Assembly: GCA_044225365.1 (NCBI GenBank)
Contig: JBGAIQ010000060.1
Location: 1-32,511, forward strand
Direction: 5' to 3'
Source of the DNA: Planctomycetota bacterium
GTDB taxonomy: Bacteria > Planctomycetota > B15-G4 > JADJEK01
DNA length: 32,511 bases
The notes under the pieces are model-generated. The model did no database searches and was not told where the DNA came from. It saw only the letters and a program-made list of their open reading frames with translations. Of the stretch, positions 16,509 through 26,010 are shown one piece after another. The stretch's first letter is position 1; each line of letters begins with the position of its first letter. The position numbers and the translations under genes were made by a program.

Positions 16509-19247
16509 GTGAAGTCCATCGCCCTCTCGTTCGTCGTCGCGCTCTCCGCCTGCGCCACGTCTCCCGCTCCGAAGAGCGAGATCCGAGCCTCCGCGCCGGG
16601 GGCGGCCGTCGCCTACGAGAAGTTCACACTGAAGAACGGGATGACGGTGATCCTCGTCCCCGACCATCGGCTGCCGGTCGTCGTCATCAACACGTGGTTC
16701 TACGTCGGCGCCAAGGACGAGCCGCCCGGCCGCTCCGGCTTCGCCCATCTGTTCGAACACCTGATGTTCATGGGCACGAAGCGAGTACCGACCGGTCAGT
16801 TCGACCGGATCATGGAGGCGGGCGGCGGCAACAACAACGCCTCGACCGAGTTCGATCGCACGAACTACTACTCGTCGGGCCCTTCGGACCTCCTGCCGAC
16901 CCTCCTCTGGCTCGACGCGGACCGCCTCGAAGACCTCGGACGTGCGATGACGCAGGAGAAGCTCGACGCCCAACGCGCGATCGTGAAGAACGAGCGGCGG
17001 CAAACGACCGAGAACGTGCCATACGGCAAGTCGGAGCTCGAGGTCGTCGAGATGCTGTATCCCGAAGGGCATCCGTATCACTACGAAGTGATCGGTTCCC
17101 ATCACGATCTCGACAATGCGAGTCTCGACGATGTGAAGGAGTTCTTCGCGAACTTCTACGTGCCGAACAACGCGAGCCTCGTGGTGTGCGGAGACTTCGA
17201 ACCCACCGCGGTGAAGCCGCAGATCGAGAGCCTCTTCGGATCGCTGCCGCGCGGCGGCGACGTGCCGCGTCGTGATCTTTCGGTGAAGCCACTCGAGAAG
17301 GAGCAACGCTTCACGACGCTCGATCTCGTCGACGCCCCGATGGTGCGCATGGCGTGGCATTCGCCCTCGGCGTACACCGACGGCGACGCCGACATGCAGC
17401 TCATCGCATCCGTCCTCGGCGATGACAAGAACGGCTGGCTCTATCGGAGACTCGTCGAAGAGGAGAAGCTCGCTTCGGAAGTGTCGGTCGCGCAGCTCTC
17501 GCTCGTTGCGAAATCGGAGTTCACGATCGACGTGCGCGCGTTGCCCGGCGCCGACCTCGACCGAATCGAGACGGTCGTGAAGGAAGAGCTCGCCAAGATC
17601 GGAAGCGACGGGATACCGGACGACACGCTCGATCGCGTGAAGGCCCTGAAGGAGCAACAGATCCTCGGCGCATTCGAGCGACTTCTCTTCAAGGCCGACA
17701 AGATGAACGAGTATCAGTTCTTCTTCGGCGAACCGGATGGGTTCGGCCGCGATCTCGCGCGCTTCAAGGCGGTGACGCCGTCGCGGTGCGCAGCGTTCGC
17801 GCGATCCGTGTTCCTCGCGCCCGGTCGAGTCGTCGTGCGCGTGCTGCCGCAGGAGCCCGAACGCGAGAAGAACGAACGCGATGCTCGACCTACGGACTTC
17901 GCGGTGAAGTCGTTCGCGCCGAGCAAGCCGGAGACCTTCGACCTGAAGTGCGGCGCGCATGTCGACCTGCTTCCCTCGCCGGAACTCCCGCGCGTCGAGA
18001 TGCGTTTCGAGTTCCTCCCGCCGTTCGGCAAGAGCGTCGGGATCGATCCTCCGGGCAAGGAGGGCGCGGCTCTCCTCCTCGGCGAACTCGCGATGGAGGG
18101 CGCTGGCAAACTGGATGGGCAGGGCCTCGCCGACGCGCTCGCTGCGCTCGGCGCTCGACTGTCGCCCGATGCCGATCGCGACGGGATCGCGTTCGATCTG
18201 TCCGCGCCCGCGGAGAATCTCGAAGCGGCGATCGATCTCGCCCGCCAGGTGATCCTCGCGCCGTCCGAGAAGCCGGACGCCTTCGAGCGCGTGAAGACAC
18301 TGCACCTCGAGGACTTGAAGCAAGAACTCTCGTCGCCCGAGGCCGTGGCGATTCGGGTGGGAGATCGCAGTCTGTTCGCCGCGGGGAATCCCCTGCGTGA
18401 GTCGGTTTCCGGCACGCTCGCGAGCGTCGCCGCGATCGACCTCCCGAGCCTCCGAAGCCTGAGGAACGAGATCGTCCGGCCCGAGTATTGCCGAATCCAC
18501 GCGGCAGGACGCGTCGAGCGCACGAAGCTGACGACGATCCTCGATCGCGCTTTTGGCGACTTCGCGGCACAGGGGCCGATGCGGGCGGCGGCGAGCGGAT
18601 CCACGGCGGCCTACGAAGAGACGCCCGCTGGGTTGCGCGTGTTCCTGGTCGATCGACCCGGCGCCGTGCAGACGATGGTCCATTTCGCCTTGCCCGGCCC
18701 GAGCCACTCGGCAGAGACCAAGATCGGCGCCGATCTCCTGTCGATCCTCATGGGCGGCAGCTTCACGAGTCGCCTCGTACAGAATCTGCGCGAGGACAAG
18801 GGGTATTCCTACGGTGCCCATTGCCGCAATCGTGCCGATCACGCATTGGGATCGATCGTCGTCAACGCGGCGATCCGCGCCGACGTGACGGGCAAGGCGC
18901 TCGAAGAGTTCCTGAAGGAGTTCGCGCGCATCCGCGGCGGCGACGTCACGGACGAAGAATCGCGCCGCGTGCGGGCTCTCTTCCGCATCCAGAACGTCGA
19001 GCGGCTCGAAGGGCTGCGATCCCAGATCGCGCTGCTGTCGGACCTCGCGCACTTCGACCTGCAGATCGACGCGCTCGGCAAGGATCTCGACGAAGCACAG
19101 ACCTGGGACAAGGCGAAGCTGAACGCCCTCGCGGCGTCGACGTTCTCGCTCGATCACGGCGTGCTCGTGCTCGTTGGCGACTCGAAGGTCGTGTTGCCTC
19201 AGCTCGAGGGACTCGGTCTGCCGGCGCCAAGCGTGGTGACTCCCTGA
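16509..19247 (+). CDS. M16 (pitrilysin/insulinase) zinc peptidase, probable lipoprotein
   Basis: GTG at 16509 after GGGAG; lipobox LSAC; inverted zinc motif HLFEH, NASTEFDRTNYY, KNERR; C-terminal LREDKGYSYG (R/Y substrate-binding pair). Confidence 0.95.
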   Translation: MKSIALSFVVALSACATSPAPKSEIRASAPGAAVAYEKFTLKNGMTVILVPDHRLPVVVINTWFYVGAKDEPPGRSGFAHLFEHLMFMGTKRVPTGQFDRIMEAGGGNNNASTEFDRTNYYSSGPSDLLPTLLWLDADRLEDLGRAMTQEKLDAQRAIVKNERRQTTENVPYGKSELEVVEMLYPEGHPYHYEVIGSHHDLDNASLDDVKEFFANFYVPNNASLVVCGDFEPTAVKPQIESLFGSLPRGGDVPRRDLSVKPLEKEQRFTTLDLVDAPMVRMAWHSPSAYTDGDADMQLIASVLGDDKNGWLYRRLVEEEKLASEVSVAQLSLVAKSEFTIDVRALPGADLDRIETVVKEELAKIGSDGIPDDTLDRVKALKEQQILGAFERLLFKADKMNEYQFFFGEPDGFGRDLARFKAVTPSRCAAFARSVFLAPGRVVVRVLPQEPEREKNERDARPTDFAVKSFAPSKPETFDLKCGAHVDLLPSPELPRVEMRFEFLPPFGKSVGIDPPGKEGAALLLGELAMEGAGKLDGQGLADALAALGARLSPDADRDGIAFDLSAPAENLEAAIDLARQVILAPSEKPDAFERVKTLHLEDLKQELSSPEAVAIRVGDRSLFAAGNPLRESVSGTLASVAAIDLPSLRSLRNEIVRPEYCRIHAAGRVERTKLTTILDRAFGDFAAQGPMRAAASGSTAAYEETPAGLRVFLVDRPGAVQTMVHFALPGPSHSAETKIGADLLSILMGGSFTSRLVQNLREDKGYSYGAHCRNRADHALGSIVVNAAIRADVTGKALEEFLKEFARIRGGDVTDEESRRVRALFRIQNVERLEGLRSQIALLSDLAHFDLQIDALGKDLDEAQTWDKAKLNALAASTFSLDHGVLVLVGDSKVVLPQLEGLGLPAPSVVTP

Positions 19248-19361
19248 CCTTTCCTCGTTTTTTCGGTTCGCATTCCGCGGGTCGGCTGCATCGATGAGGT
19301 GACGATCGAAGATCGCGCGCCCGCTGCGCGCCCGTTGCTTGTCAGGACTCGGAACGACCGC

Positions 19362-21593
19362 ATGTCGCCTTCGAGAAAGACCCCGCCGACGTTCACCCCG
19401 CGCCACGCCGAAGCGATCTATCGCTCCGCGCGCCGCATCGTCGGCGACGACGCACGGGCGAAGGACGTGGTTTCCGAGGTCTTCCTCTCGGTGGTGAAAC
19501 GGCCCGAGGCGTTCGTGACTCATGCCGAGCCCGAACGCTACCTGCGCTGGCTCGCCGTGCAGAAGGCGCTCGAGGAACTGCGGCGCACGCGCGCTCGATT
19601 CGATCGTGAAGCAAAAGCCGCCGCGCTCGCCGCGGCGGAATCACCATCGATCGAGAGGGACGTCATGGACCGAGTCGAAGGAAGAGAAGAGCGCGAAGCC
19701 CTGGCGCAGTCGCTCGCAAGGTTGCCGGAGGAACTGCGCGTCGCCATCGTGCTGCGATTCCAGGAGGGTCTGTCGCTGCGCGAGGCGGGCGCGGCGCTCG
19801 CCATCTCGGACGTCGCGGTGCATGAGCGGGTGGCCCGCGGCATCGAGAGATTGCGGACGCTGCTCAAGGGCATGGGGTTCGCGGCGCTCGCGCTGTCCGT
19901 GGAGCAGGAACTCGAGGCCGCTCCGCCGCCGGAGGTGCCGCACGATCTGCTCGCGACCGTGGCTCGCTCGAAAGCGGCGTCGCTCACGGCGACGCATGGC
20001 GCGGGCCTCGTCGTCGGTGCGGCATCCATCGCGTCGCTCGCGCTCGTCGCCGCCGCATGGTTCCTCGGATCCGGAGGCTCGCGGCCGGACTCGCAGCCGC
20101 CCATCACGAACACTGCCTCGGCGCAGGTGAGCGTCGGTCCGCCGCATACGAATTCGGGCGCGCCCGTCGTGCGCGCTCCCGTGTCGACCGCGAGGGCGGG
20201 AGGCGCGTCGCAGGTACCTTCGCCCAATTCAACGGGCGAAACTCCGACCGACCCCTTCGCCTCGCTCGGACGAGCCACGATCGAGGGGCGCGTGACGTTG
20301 AACGCCGCCGATTCGGATCTGCGGTCCGAGCTCGAGGTGTGCGCGTTGTCGCGGCGTCACGAGTCGAAGGGCGAGCGAGTGCACTGGAAGACGCAGGTCG
20401 CGGCGGACGGTCGTTATTCGCTCGAGGTCCCGGTCGAGGACGATGGAGCGTACATCCAGCTCTGGCTCGAATATTCCGGTTGTGTGTTGGCCTGGGGCAA
20501 CGAGCCACGGGTCATGCCGCGAACGAAGCTCGAGGGACAGGACATCGCGTTCACGAAAGCGATCGGTGAGAGTCGCGGTGATTTCGCACTCGACGTCGTG
20601 ATCAAGGACGGGAATTCCGTCCCCGTCGCTTCGCGCGACTTCGTTCTGATGCGCAGCATCGCCTACGTGGGTGATGAGCCGTTCCTCGCCGTCGAATCCA
20701 TGGCGCGCACGGACGCGAATGGGCGTGCCCGATTCAAGGGCGCTCGCTTGGGGAACAAGCGCCTGATCCTCGAGGATCCAGGTTGGTACGTGTCGACGCA
20801 TTTCGTGGATCTGCGCATCGATCGGACGGGGGCGAGCGACAGGGATGTCGTGCTCTCGGGATTCGATACCGCCGCGCCTCCACGGAAATGGGAAGACCTC
20901 GAGCCGCGGGCCGAGAAGCCGCTGCTGCGCGTGACCGGCAGCGTATTCGACGCGGTCGACGGCAAACCGGTGATGGACCAGTATCACGACGCCACGCTGC
21001 ACGCGGTGCCGGATGGGATGAGCGCGGATCTCGTGCTCGCGGATTGGCTTCCGAACGTCCTCTTCGGGACGACGGGCGCTCAAGTCTCCGTGCCTGCGGA
21101 CGCGCCCGTCACGGACCGCTTCGAGGAGGCCGTTCCGAAACCAGGCCGTTATTACCTCGTTTCCTGGCGCCCTGGCCGCGCGCCAGCGACCGTGGGTCCG
21201 ATCGAGATCGCCACCGGCAGTTCGGCGACCGAAGTGCGAATCGAGTATTCACGTCGCGCCACTTTGAAGGGACGGATCGTCGACGCGAGCGGGAAACCCA
21301 TCGCCAACGCGCATCTCGCCCTGACGGGGGTCGGGCCGCTCTCCGATGCGAGGATCACGTCGGTCGACGCCGCCGTCGTCCGCTCCGACGGCGCATCGAA
21401 TCTCTACATGACCCAGGCCCACACTGCAGCCGACGGAACGTACTCGATCGACTATCTTCCGGGCGGACTCCCGCTGAGGATCGTGGCGCTCCACCCTCGC
21501 TATGAATTCACTCTCGGCCCGGTCGTCACGCTCGAGGCCGGGGAGAAACGCGATGGTCTCGACCTGACCATGACCCGGCCGCGCGGAAATTAA
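19362..21593 (+). CDS. ECF sigma-70 factor fused to TM and extracytoplasmic carboxypeptidase-regulatory-like region
   Basis: AKDVVSEVFL...YLRWLAVQKALEELRR; LPEELRVAIVLRFQEGLSLREAG..VHERVARG; TM LVVGAASIASLALVAAAWFL; LKGRIVDASGKPIANAHL, TAADGTYSIDYLP. Confidence 0.9.
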   Translation: MSPSRKTPPTFTPRHAEAIYRSARRIVGDDARAKDVVSEVFLSVVKRPEAFVTHAEPERYLRWLAVQKALEELRRTRARFDREAKAAALAAAESPSIERDVMDRVEGREEREALAQSLARLPEELRVAIVLRFQEGLSLREAGAALAISDVAVHERVARGIERLRTLLKGMGFAALALSVEQELEAAPPPEVPHDLLATVARSKAASLTATHGAGLVVGAASIASLALVAAAWFLGSGGSRPDSQPPITNTASAQVSVGPPHTNSGAPVVRAPVSTARAGGASQVPSPNSTGETPTDPFASLGRATIEGRVTLNAADSDLRSELEVCALSRRHESKGERVHWKTQVAADGRYSLEVPVEDDGAYIQLWLEYSGCVLAWGNEPRVMPRTKLEGQDIAFTKAIGESRGDFALDVVIKDGNSVPVASRDFVLMRSIAYVGDEPFLAVESMARTDANGRARFKGARLGNKRLILEDPGWYVSTHFVDLRIDRTGASDRDVVLSGFDTAAPPRKWEDLEPRAEKPLLRVTGSVFDAVDGKPVMDQYHDATLHAVPDGMSADLVLADWLPNVLFGTTGAQVSVPADAPVTDRFEEAVPKPGRYYLVSWRPGRAPATVGPIEIATGSSATEVRIEYSRRATLKGRIVDASGKPIANAHLALTGVGPLSDARITSVDAAVVRSDGASNLYMTQAHTAADGTYSIDYLPGGLPLRIVALHPRYEFTLGPVVTLEAGEKRDGLDLTMTRPRGN

Positions 21594-21599
21594 TGTTCT

Positions 21600-21649
21600 A
21601 CCTCCTTTGCGGCCGCGATCGCAAACGGAGTCGTCGCCGCAAATGAGGT
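21600..21649. terminator. Intergenic stem-loop after the ECF fusion stop (possible terminator or RNA structure)
   Basis: acctc-c-tttgcggc pairs with gccgcaaa-t-gaggt. No clear U-tract follows. Confidence 0.4.
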
Positions 21650-21805
21650 CATAGGGTAGATCGCATTTTCTCGAAATGCCCCGACCCGAGAGAGGTGATT
21701 CGGTCGTAGGAGGGAGCGCTTGACGAGTGGCTCGAGTCCCCGGTGCTGAGTACGTCACGGCCGCTGTCCGATGCACGAGAATGGGGCTGGAGCGAAGGAG
21801 CGAGC

Positions 21806-22903
21806 ATGGGTTCGATTGCTAATGTCGCCAAAGGATGGGTCATCGGTCTCGCAGCGTCTTGCACAGTGGGAACGCACGCCTACGGTCAGGAGGGGGTGGC
21901 GGCGTTGCCGATCGACAACCTCCACCACGCCTCGGGGACGACCACGGGTCGCGCCGGGCTTGCGCGAGTGAAGAAGCACGGAACCGGCCCCGTGGCTCTG
22001 ATCCTGATCGCGGGAGCGCCGTTCGGCGGCGGTGCCTGGGATGCGTTCATGGAGCGGAACGAGGATGATTACACGATGTGGGCCGTCACCCCCGCCGGCT
22101 ACGAAGGGACGCCGCCTCCGCCGATGCCGACCACGGACGAAGCGGATTATTCGAAGCGACCGTGGACCGATGCGTTGATCGCGGATCTCGTGAAGCTCCT
22201 CGAGAAGGACGTAGTGATCGACGGCAAGAACGTGGGGGCGATCGTGGTCGGGCATCACCTGATGGGAGACTACTATGCGACGAGGCTCGCGGAGGAGCGC
22301 CCCGCGCTCGTGCGCGGCGTGATCTCGATCTCCGGACTCGGCTCGTTCCCATTGCCGCCCGGAACCGGCGCGACGCCGGCCGCGCGAGCGAAGTACGTGA
22401 ACGAGAATCGGGTACCGTTCTTTCGGACGGTCTCGCAGGGCACTTGGAACGCCAACACGTTTCCAGCGAGCTCGCTCTCGGTGAAGGCGGATGTCGGCAA
22501 GGAACTCTACGCGGCCGAGATCGCCGTGCCGATCGCGACGCAGTTGCGTTATTACCTCGAGTACGCGACCGACGACGTCGAAACGCGAGTTCTCGCGACG
22601 AACGCGCCCGTGCTCTCGCTCGCGGCCAAGCCGAAGTGGGCGATGGACAGCTTGCCCGAGGCGATGAAGCAACAACTCATCCAGCAATTCGGGAGCCTGG
22701 AGGCTGCGAAGGAGAAAGTGCGATTCGGCGGGCCATGGGACGGGATCGTCGCGAAAGCGGGAAGCGAACGAGTTCGAGCGGTGGAGATCCCGAACGCCGG
22801 GGCATTCATGATGAACGATGCTCCAGGTCCAGTCGATCGCGCCATCGAAGAGTTCCTGGGGGAGATCGAGAAAGCCACGCCCCCGCCCACGAAGAAGTCG
22901 TGA
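21806..22903 (+). CDS. Exported alpha/beta-hydrolase-fold protein, likely non-catalytic
   Basis: ATG after GAAGGAG; signal-like N-terminus ending AYG; KHGTGPVALILIAG, VTPAGYEG, IVVGHHLMG, PVLSL, IPNAGAFMMNDAP. Confidence 0.85.
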   Translation: MGSIANVAKGWVIGLAASCTVGTHAYGQEGVAALPIDNLHHASGTTTGRAGLARVKKHGTGPVALILIAGAPFGGGAWDAFMERNEDDYTMWAVTPAGYEGTPPPPMPTTDEADYSKRPWTDALIADLVKLLEKDVVIDGKNVGAIVVGHHLMGDYYATRLAEERPALVRGVISISGLGSFPLPPGTGATPAARAKYVNENRVPFFRTVSQGTWNANTFPASSLSVKADVGKELYAAEIAVPIATQLRYYLEYATDDVETRVLATNAPVLSLAAKPKWAMDSLPEAMKQQLIQQFGSLEAAKEKVRFGGPWDGIVAKAGSERVRAVEIPNAGAFMMNDAPGPVDRAIEEFLGEIEKATPPPTKKS

Positions 22904-22998
22904 TCCCCGAGCTCGAGCCGAGTCCGGCCCCTGGGATGTCCTCGCTTCGATCGTGATTCCGGTCGCTACCTCGTTCGGGGTTCGCGATACTTCCCGTC

Positions 22999-23871
22999 AT
23001 GGTCGCCGAATCGTACACGCCGCTCGCGGTCGCGGGTCTCTCCAAGACCTTCGTCGGTCCGTTCGGATTTCCTCGCTTCCTCGCGCTCAGCGATGTCGGC
23101 TTCGCGATCGAAGCGGGGCGCGTCCTCGGGCTCATCGGTCCGAACGGAGCCGGAAAAACGACGGCGATCCGCTGCGCGCTCGGACTCGTCCGGAGCAGCC
23201 GCGGAACCGTTCGCTTGTTCGGACGTCCTCCCTTGTCGAAGGGCGCGCGGCGGAGCGTCGGATTCGCTCCGGAGTCGTTCGAGCCCGCAGCGTGGCGGAC
23301 CGGGCAGGAGACGCTCGAACTGTTCGGAGTCGTTTCGGGGCTCTCGATCGGCGACGCGAGGCTCGAAGCCTCGCGGTTGCTCGACCGATTCGAATTGACG
23401 AGCGCGAGGAAGCGGCGGGTGGGCTCGTACTCGAAAGGCATGCGGCGGCGACTCGCCATCGCGCAGGCCTTGCTCGGGGATCCCAAACTCGTGGTGCTCG
23501 ACGAACCGTTCGACGGCCTCGATCCGCTCGGTGCAATGCTCGTCCGCGACGAGATCGAGGCGCGCAAGAAGCGCGGAGTCGCGATCCTGATCTCCTCCCA
23601 CCAACTCGCCGACGTGGAGGCCGTCGCCACGGATCTCGTCGTGATGCATCACGGACGGGTCGTCGCGAATGGAACGATGTCGGAGGTCCTCGATCGCGCC
23701 GGCGTCGCGCGGATCGAGGTCGAGGGCCTCGACGCCGCCGCGCTCGATTTCCTCGAACTGGAGATCGGGCGACGTGGCGGGCGGATCACGCAACGGCGAC
23801 CCGCGCGCGAATCCCTCGAAGATCTGTTTCGGCGGCTCGTTTCGAAGCGGGACGAGAGAGGGGAAAGATGA
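22999..23871 (+). CDS. ABC transporter ATP-binding protein (ABC-2/PilH-like)
   Basis: Walker A GPNGAGKTT, signature YSKGMRRR, Walker B VVLDEP, H-loop SSH. Confidence 0.96.
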   Translation: MVAESYTPLAVAGLSKTFVGPFGFPRFLALSDVGFAIEAGRVLGLIGPNGAGKTTAIRCALGLVRSSRGTVRLFGRPPLSKGARRSVGFAPESFEPAAWRTGQETLELFGVVSGLSIGDARLEASRLLDRFELTSARKRRVGSYSKGMRRRLAIAQALLGDPKLVVLDEPFDGLDPLGAMLVRDEIEARKKRGVAILISSHQLADVEAVATDLVVMHHGRVVANGTMSEVLDRAGVARIEVEGLDAAALDFLELEIGRRGGRITQRRPARESLEDLFRRLVSKRDERGER

Positions 23872-25037
23872 TCCGCCGGCTCGCCCTCGATGCGATGCGA
23901 TTGCTGATTCGCCCGCGAACGGCGGGAGGGGTGGGCGTCGTCGCGGTCGTCTTCGGGTTCTTCGTACGGGCCACTCAGCAGAAGGCGACCTCGGAACTCG
24001 CGGGGGTGGACGTCATCGGCAGTTCGCTCCAGAGCCTGATGTCGGGCGTCTTCCTGTTCGCGACGTGCATCGCTCTCGTATTCGGAGTGTTGCTCGCGAT
24101 CGACGATCGGGAAACGGGTCTCATCTCGCAACTCGCGATTCGTCCGGTCTCCCGCGCTTCGTACGTGATCGGTCGTGGGTTCGGTCTCGCCTTGGCGACG
24201 GTACTCGCGACGCTCCTTCTCTTCCTGGTCGCCTTCGGCGTTTCGAACGTGGGTCTCGGTGGAATCCCGAACCTGCGAGCGATCGAGCGAGCGAAGAGCG
24301 TGATCGTCTCGGGGCACGAGATCGGAGAGGGCGATGTCGCGTCGATCGACAACGGTGAGATCGCGCGCTTCTCGTTCGAGAAGCGGAGGGACTTCGACTG
24401 CGAGTTCCGAGTCGATGCTCTCCCGAAGATCGGCGTCTTCACCGGCAAGACGCGCTTCCTCATCAAGATCTTCGAGGGGACGTCGGAGATCGAGCGTTTC
24501 GAGAGCGAGGGGCGCTTCTTCGGGACCTACGGCTTCCGCGGGTTGAACTCCAACGTGCGCGGCGACACGATCGAGGTCGAGAACAAGACGGAGGGCGCGG
24601 CGCTGGGAATCGCGAGCGATCAGCTCGTGATCGTCTTGAGTCGTGCGAGCGGACCGTCGCAGCTCGCGTTCGGTCTCCTGCTGTTGCTCCTCGCGTCGAT
24701 GTTCGTCGCGATGTTCGCGTTCTGCTTCTCGACGGCGCTCTCCGTCGGACCTGCTGCGCTCTGCGCGGGCTTCTTCCTCCTCGTGTCGCTCGCCCGTGGA
24801 TCCGTCCTCGATCTCGTCGCCGACACATTCGACCGTGGATCGGCGATGCGCGGTTGGCTCTCGTCCGCCGTCCGCCTCGTTCCGGATCTGGCTCGATTCG
24901 ACATCGCGGAGCGATTCGGCCGCGGAGAGGCGCTGCTCTTTCGTGATATCGTCGGGTTGACGGGCCTCGCTCTGCTCCATTGCGCGGTGGCGCTCGTTCT
25001 CGCCGCGTCGCTGTTGTCGTGGCGCGACCGGCGATGA
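23868..25037 (+). CDS. ABC-2-type permease with inserted soluble domain
   Basis: ATGA overlap with the ATPase; multiple TMs; DDRETGLISQLAIRPVSRASYVIGRGFG loop motif. Confidence 0.85.
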   Translation: MIRRLALDAMRLLIRPRTAGGVGVVAVVFGFFVRATQQKATSELAGVDVIGSSLQSLMSGVFLFATCIALVFGVLLAIDDRETGLISQLAIRPVSRASYVIGRGFGLALATVLATLLLFLVAFGVSNVGLGGIPNLRAIERAKSVIVSGHEIGEGDVASIDNGEIARFSFEKRRDFDCEFRVDALPKIGVFTGKTRFLIKIFEGTSEIERFESEGRFFGTYGFRGLNSNVRGDTIEVENKTEGAALGIASDQLVIVLSRASGPSQLAFGLLLLLLASMFVAMFAFCFSTALSVGPAALCAGFFLLVSLARGSVLDLVADTFDRGSAMRGWLSSAVRLVPDLARFDIAERFGRGEALLFRDIVGLTGLALLHCAVALVLAASLLSWRDRR

Positions 25038-25047
25038 GGCGCGGCTC

Positions 25048-25965
25048 ATGAATCGTCGTGCGCTGGTCGTCGCACTCGTCGTCTGCGGCCTTGCGCCCGC
25101 GCTGCTCGATCGCGTTGCGTTGCGCACGGCCACCGACGACCCGCATCACGAGGGTTTCCTCGATCGCTCGCTCGCCACGAACCGGCGTTCGGTGTTGCCA
25201 GGACTGCGCGCACTGTTCGTACAGCTCTGGATCATCCGCATCCATGCGGCCGTCGATCGCGCCGATCAGGTATCGGCGTTGCGATTCGCTCGCGAAGCGC
25301 TCGCGATCGGTCCGGATCTACCCATCGCTCGGGCGCGCATCGCGAGCGTCGTCGCGTTCGAAGTGGCGGCGAGCGCCCGGTCGAAGGAAGACGGCGCGCG
25401 ATTCATCGGCGAGGCGCTCCGAATCCTCGACGAAGGACTCGCGCGCGACCCCGCGAACTCCGACCTCGAGTTCGAGCGCGGCGTGATCCTGTGGCTGCGT
25501 GGGCAGTATCAGCCCGCATTCGAGCGCGCGTTCCGCGAGAAGGAAGGTCGATCGACCCTGGAAGCCGGCGCGGACAGCCTCGTGCGGGCGGCGCGAGGTG
25601 CGCAGTTCGACTTCAAGAAGCTGGTCTTCGCGAGCAGCGCACTCGAAGTGCGAGCGAAGACGTGGAAGGATCGCGCGAAGGAACACGACGCAGCCCTGAC
25701 ATCGAAGGATCCTGCGGAGATCGAGATCCTCGCCAAGTGCCTGCGCAGCGCACGCGAGGACTACGAGGAGCTGTCCCTGATCCTGCGGGCGCAGGTCGCG
25801 CTGATGCCCGAGGCCGACTCGACGATGAGCGAGGCCATCGCTTACGCCGACGCCAACGTGGAGCTGCTGCGTCTCAACGAGCAGAAGTGGATCGACGGGC
25901 AAGCGGTCGATAAGGGGCGGATCGAGGAGCTGCTCAAGATCGTGCGCGCCCACGAATCCTCGTGA
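25048..25965 (+). CDS. Anchored/exported TPR-like helical protein (PilG-like position and motif)
   Basis: Signal/anchor MNRRALVVALVVCGLAPALL; GLRALFVQLWIIR; EALRILDEGLARDPANSDLEFERG. Confidence 0.7.
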   Translation: MNRRALVVALVVCGLAPALLDRVALRTATDDPHHEGFLDRSLATNRRSVLPGLRALFVQLWIIRIHAAVDRADQVSALRFAREALAIGPDLPIARARIASVVAFEVAASARSKEDGARFIGEALRILDEGLARDPANSDLEFERGVILWLRGQYQPAFERAFREKEGRSTLEAGADSLVRAARGAQFDFKKLVFASSALEVRAKTWKDRAKEHDAALTSKDPAEIEILAKCLRSAREDYEELSLILRAQVALMPEADSTMSEAIAYADANVELLRLNEQKWIDGQAVDKGRIEELLKIVRAHESS

Positions 25966-26010
25966 GGACGAAGATCTCCGCAGGAAGGCCCGGGTGCGCA
26001 ACGGTGCACC

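Noticed and set aside
16413-19523. 1036-aa minus-strand ORF, and similar long ORFs 4893..7037+, 7116..8366+, 25318..27651-, 28188..30701-, 23649..25133-
   Set aside because: Antisense shadows of clearly recognisable genes in high-GC DNA, with no motifs of their own.
21610-21660. c-di-GMP-I riboswitch (GCAAAC ... CGCAAA)
   Set aside because: It lacks the P2 GNRA hairpin and the P3 receptor arrangement; only short words match.
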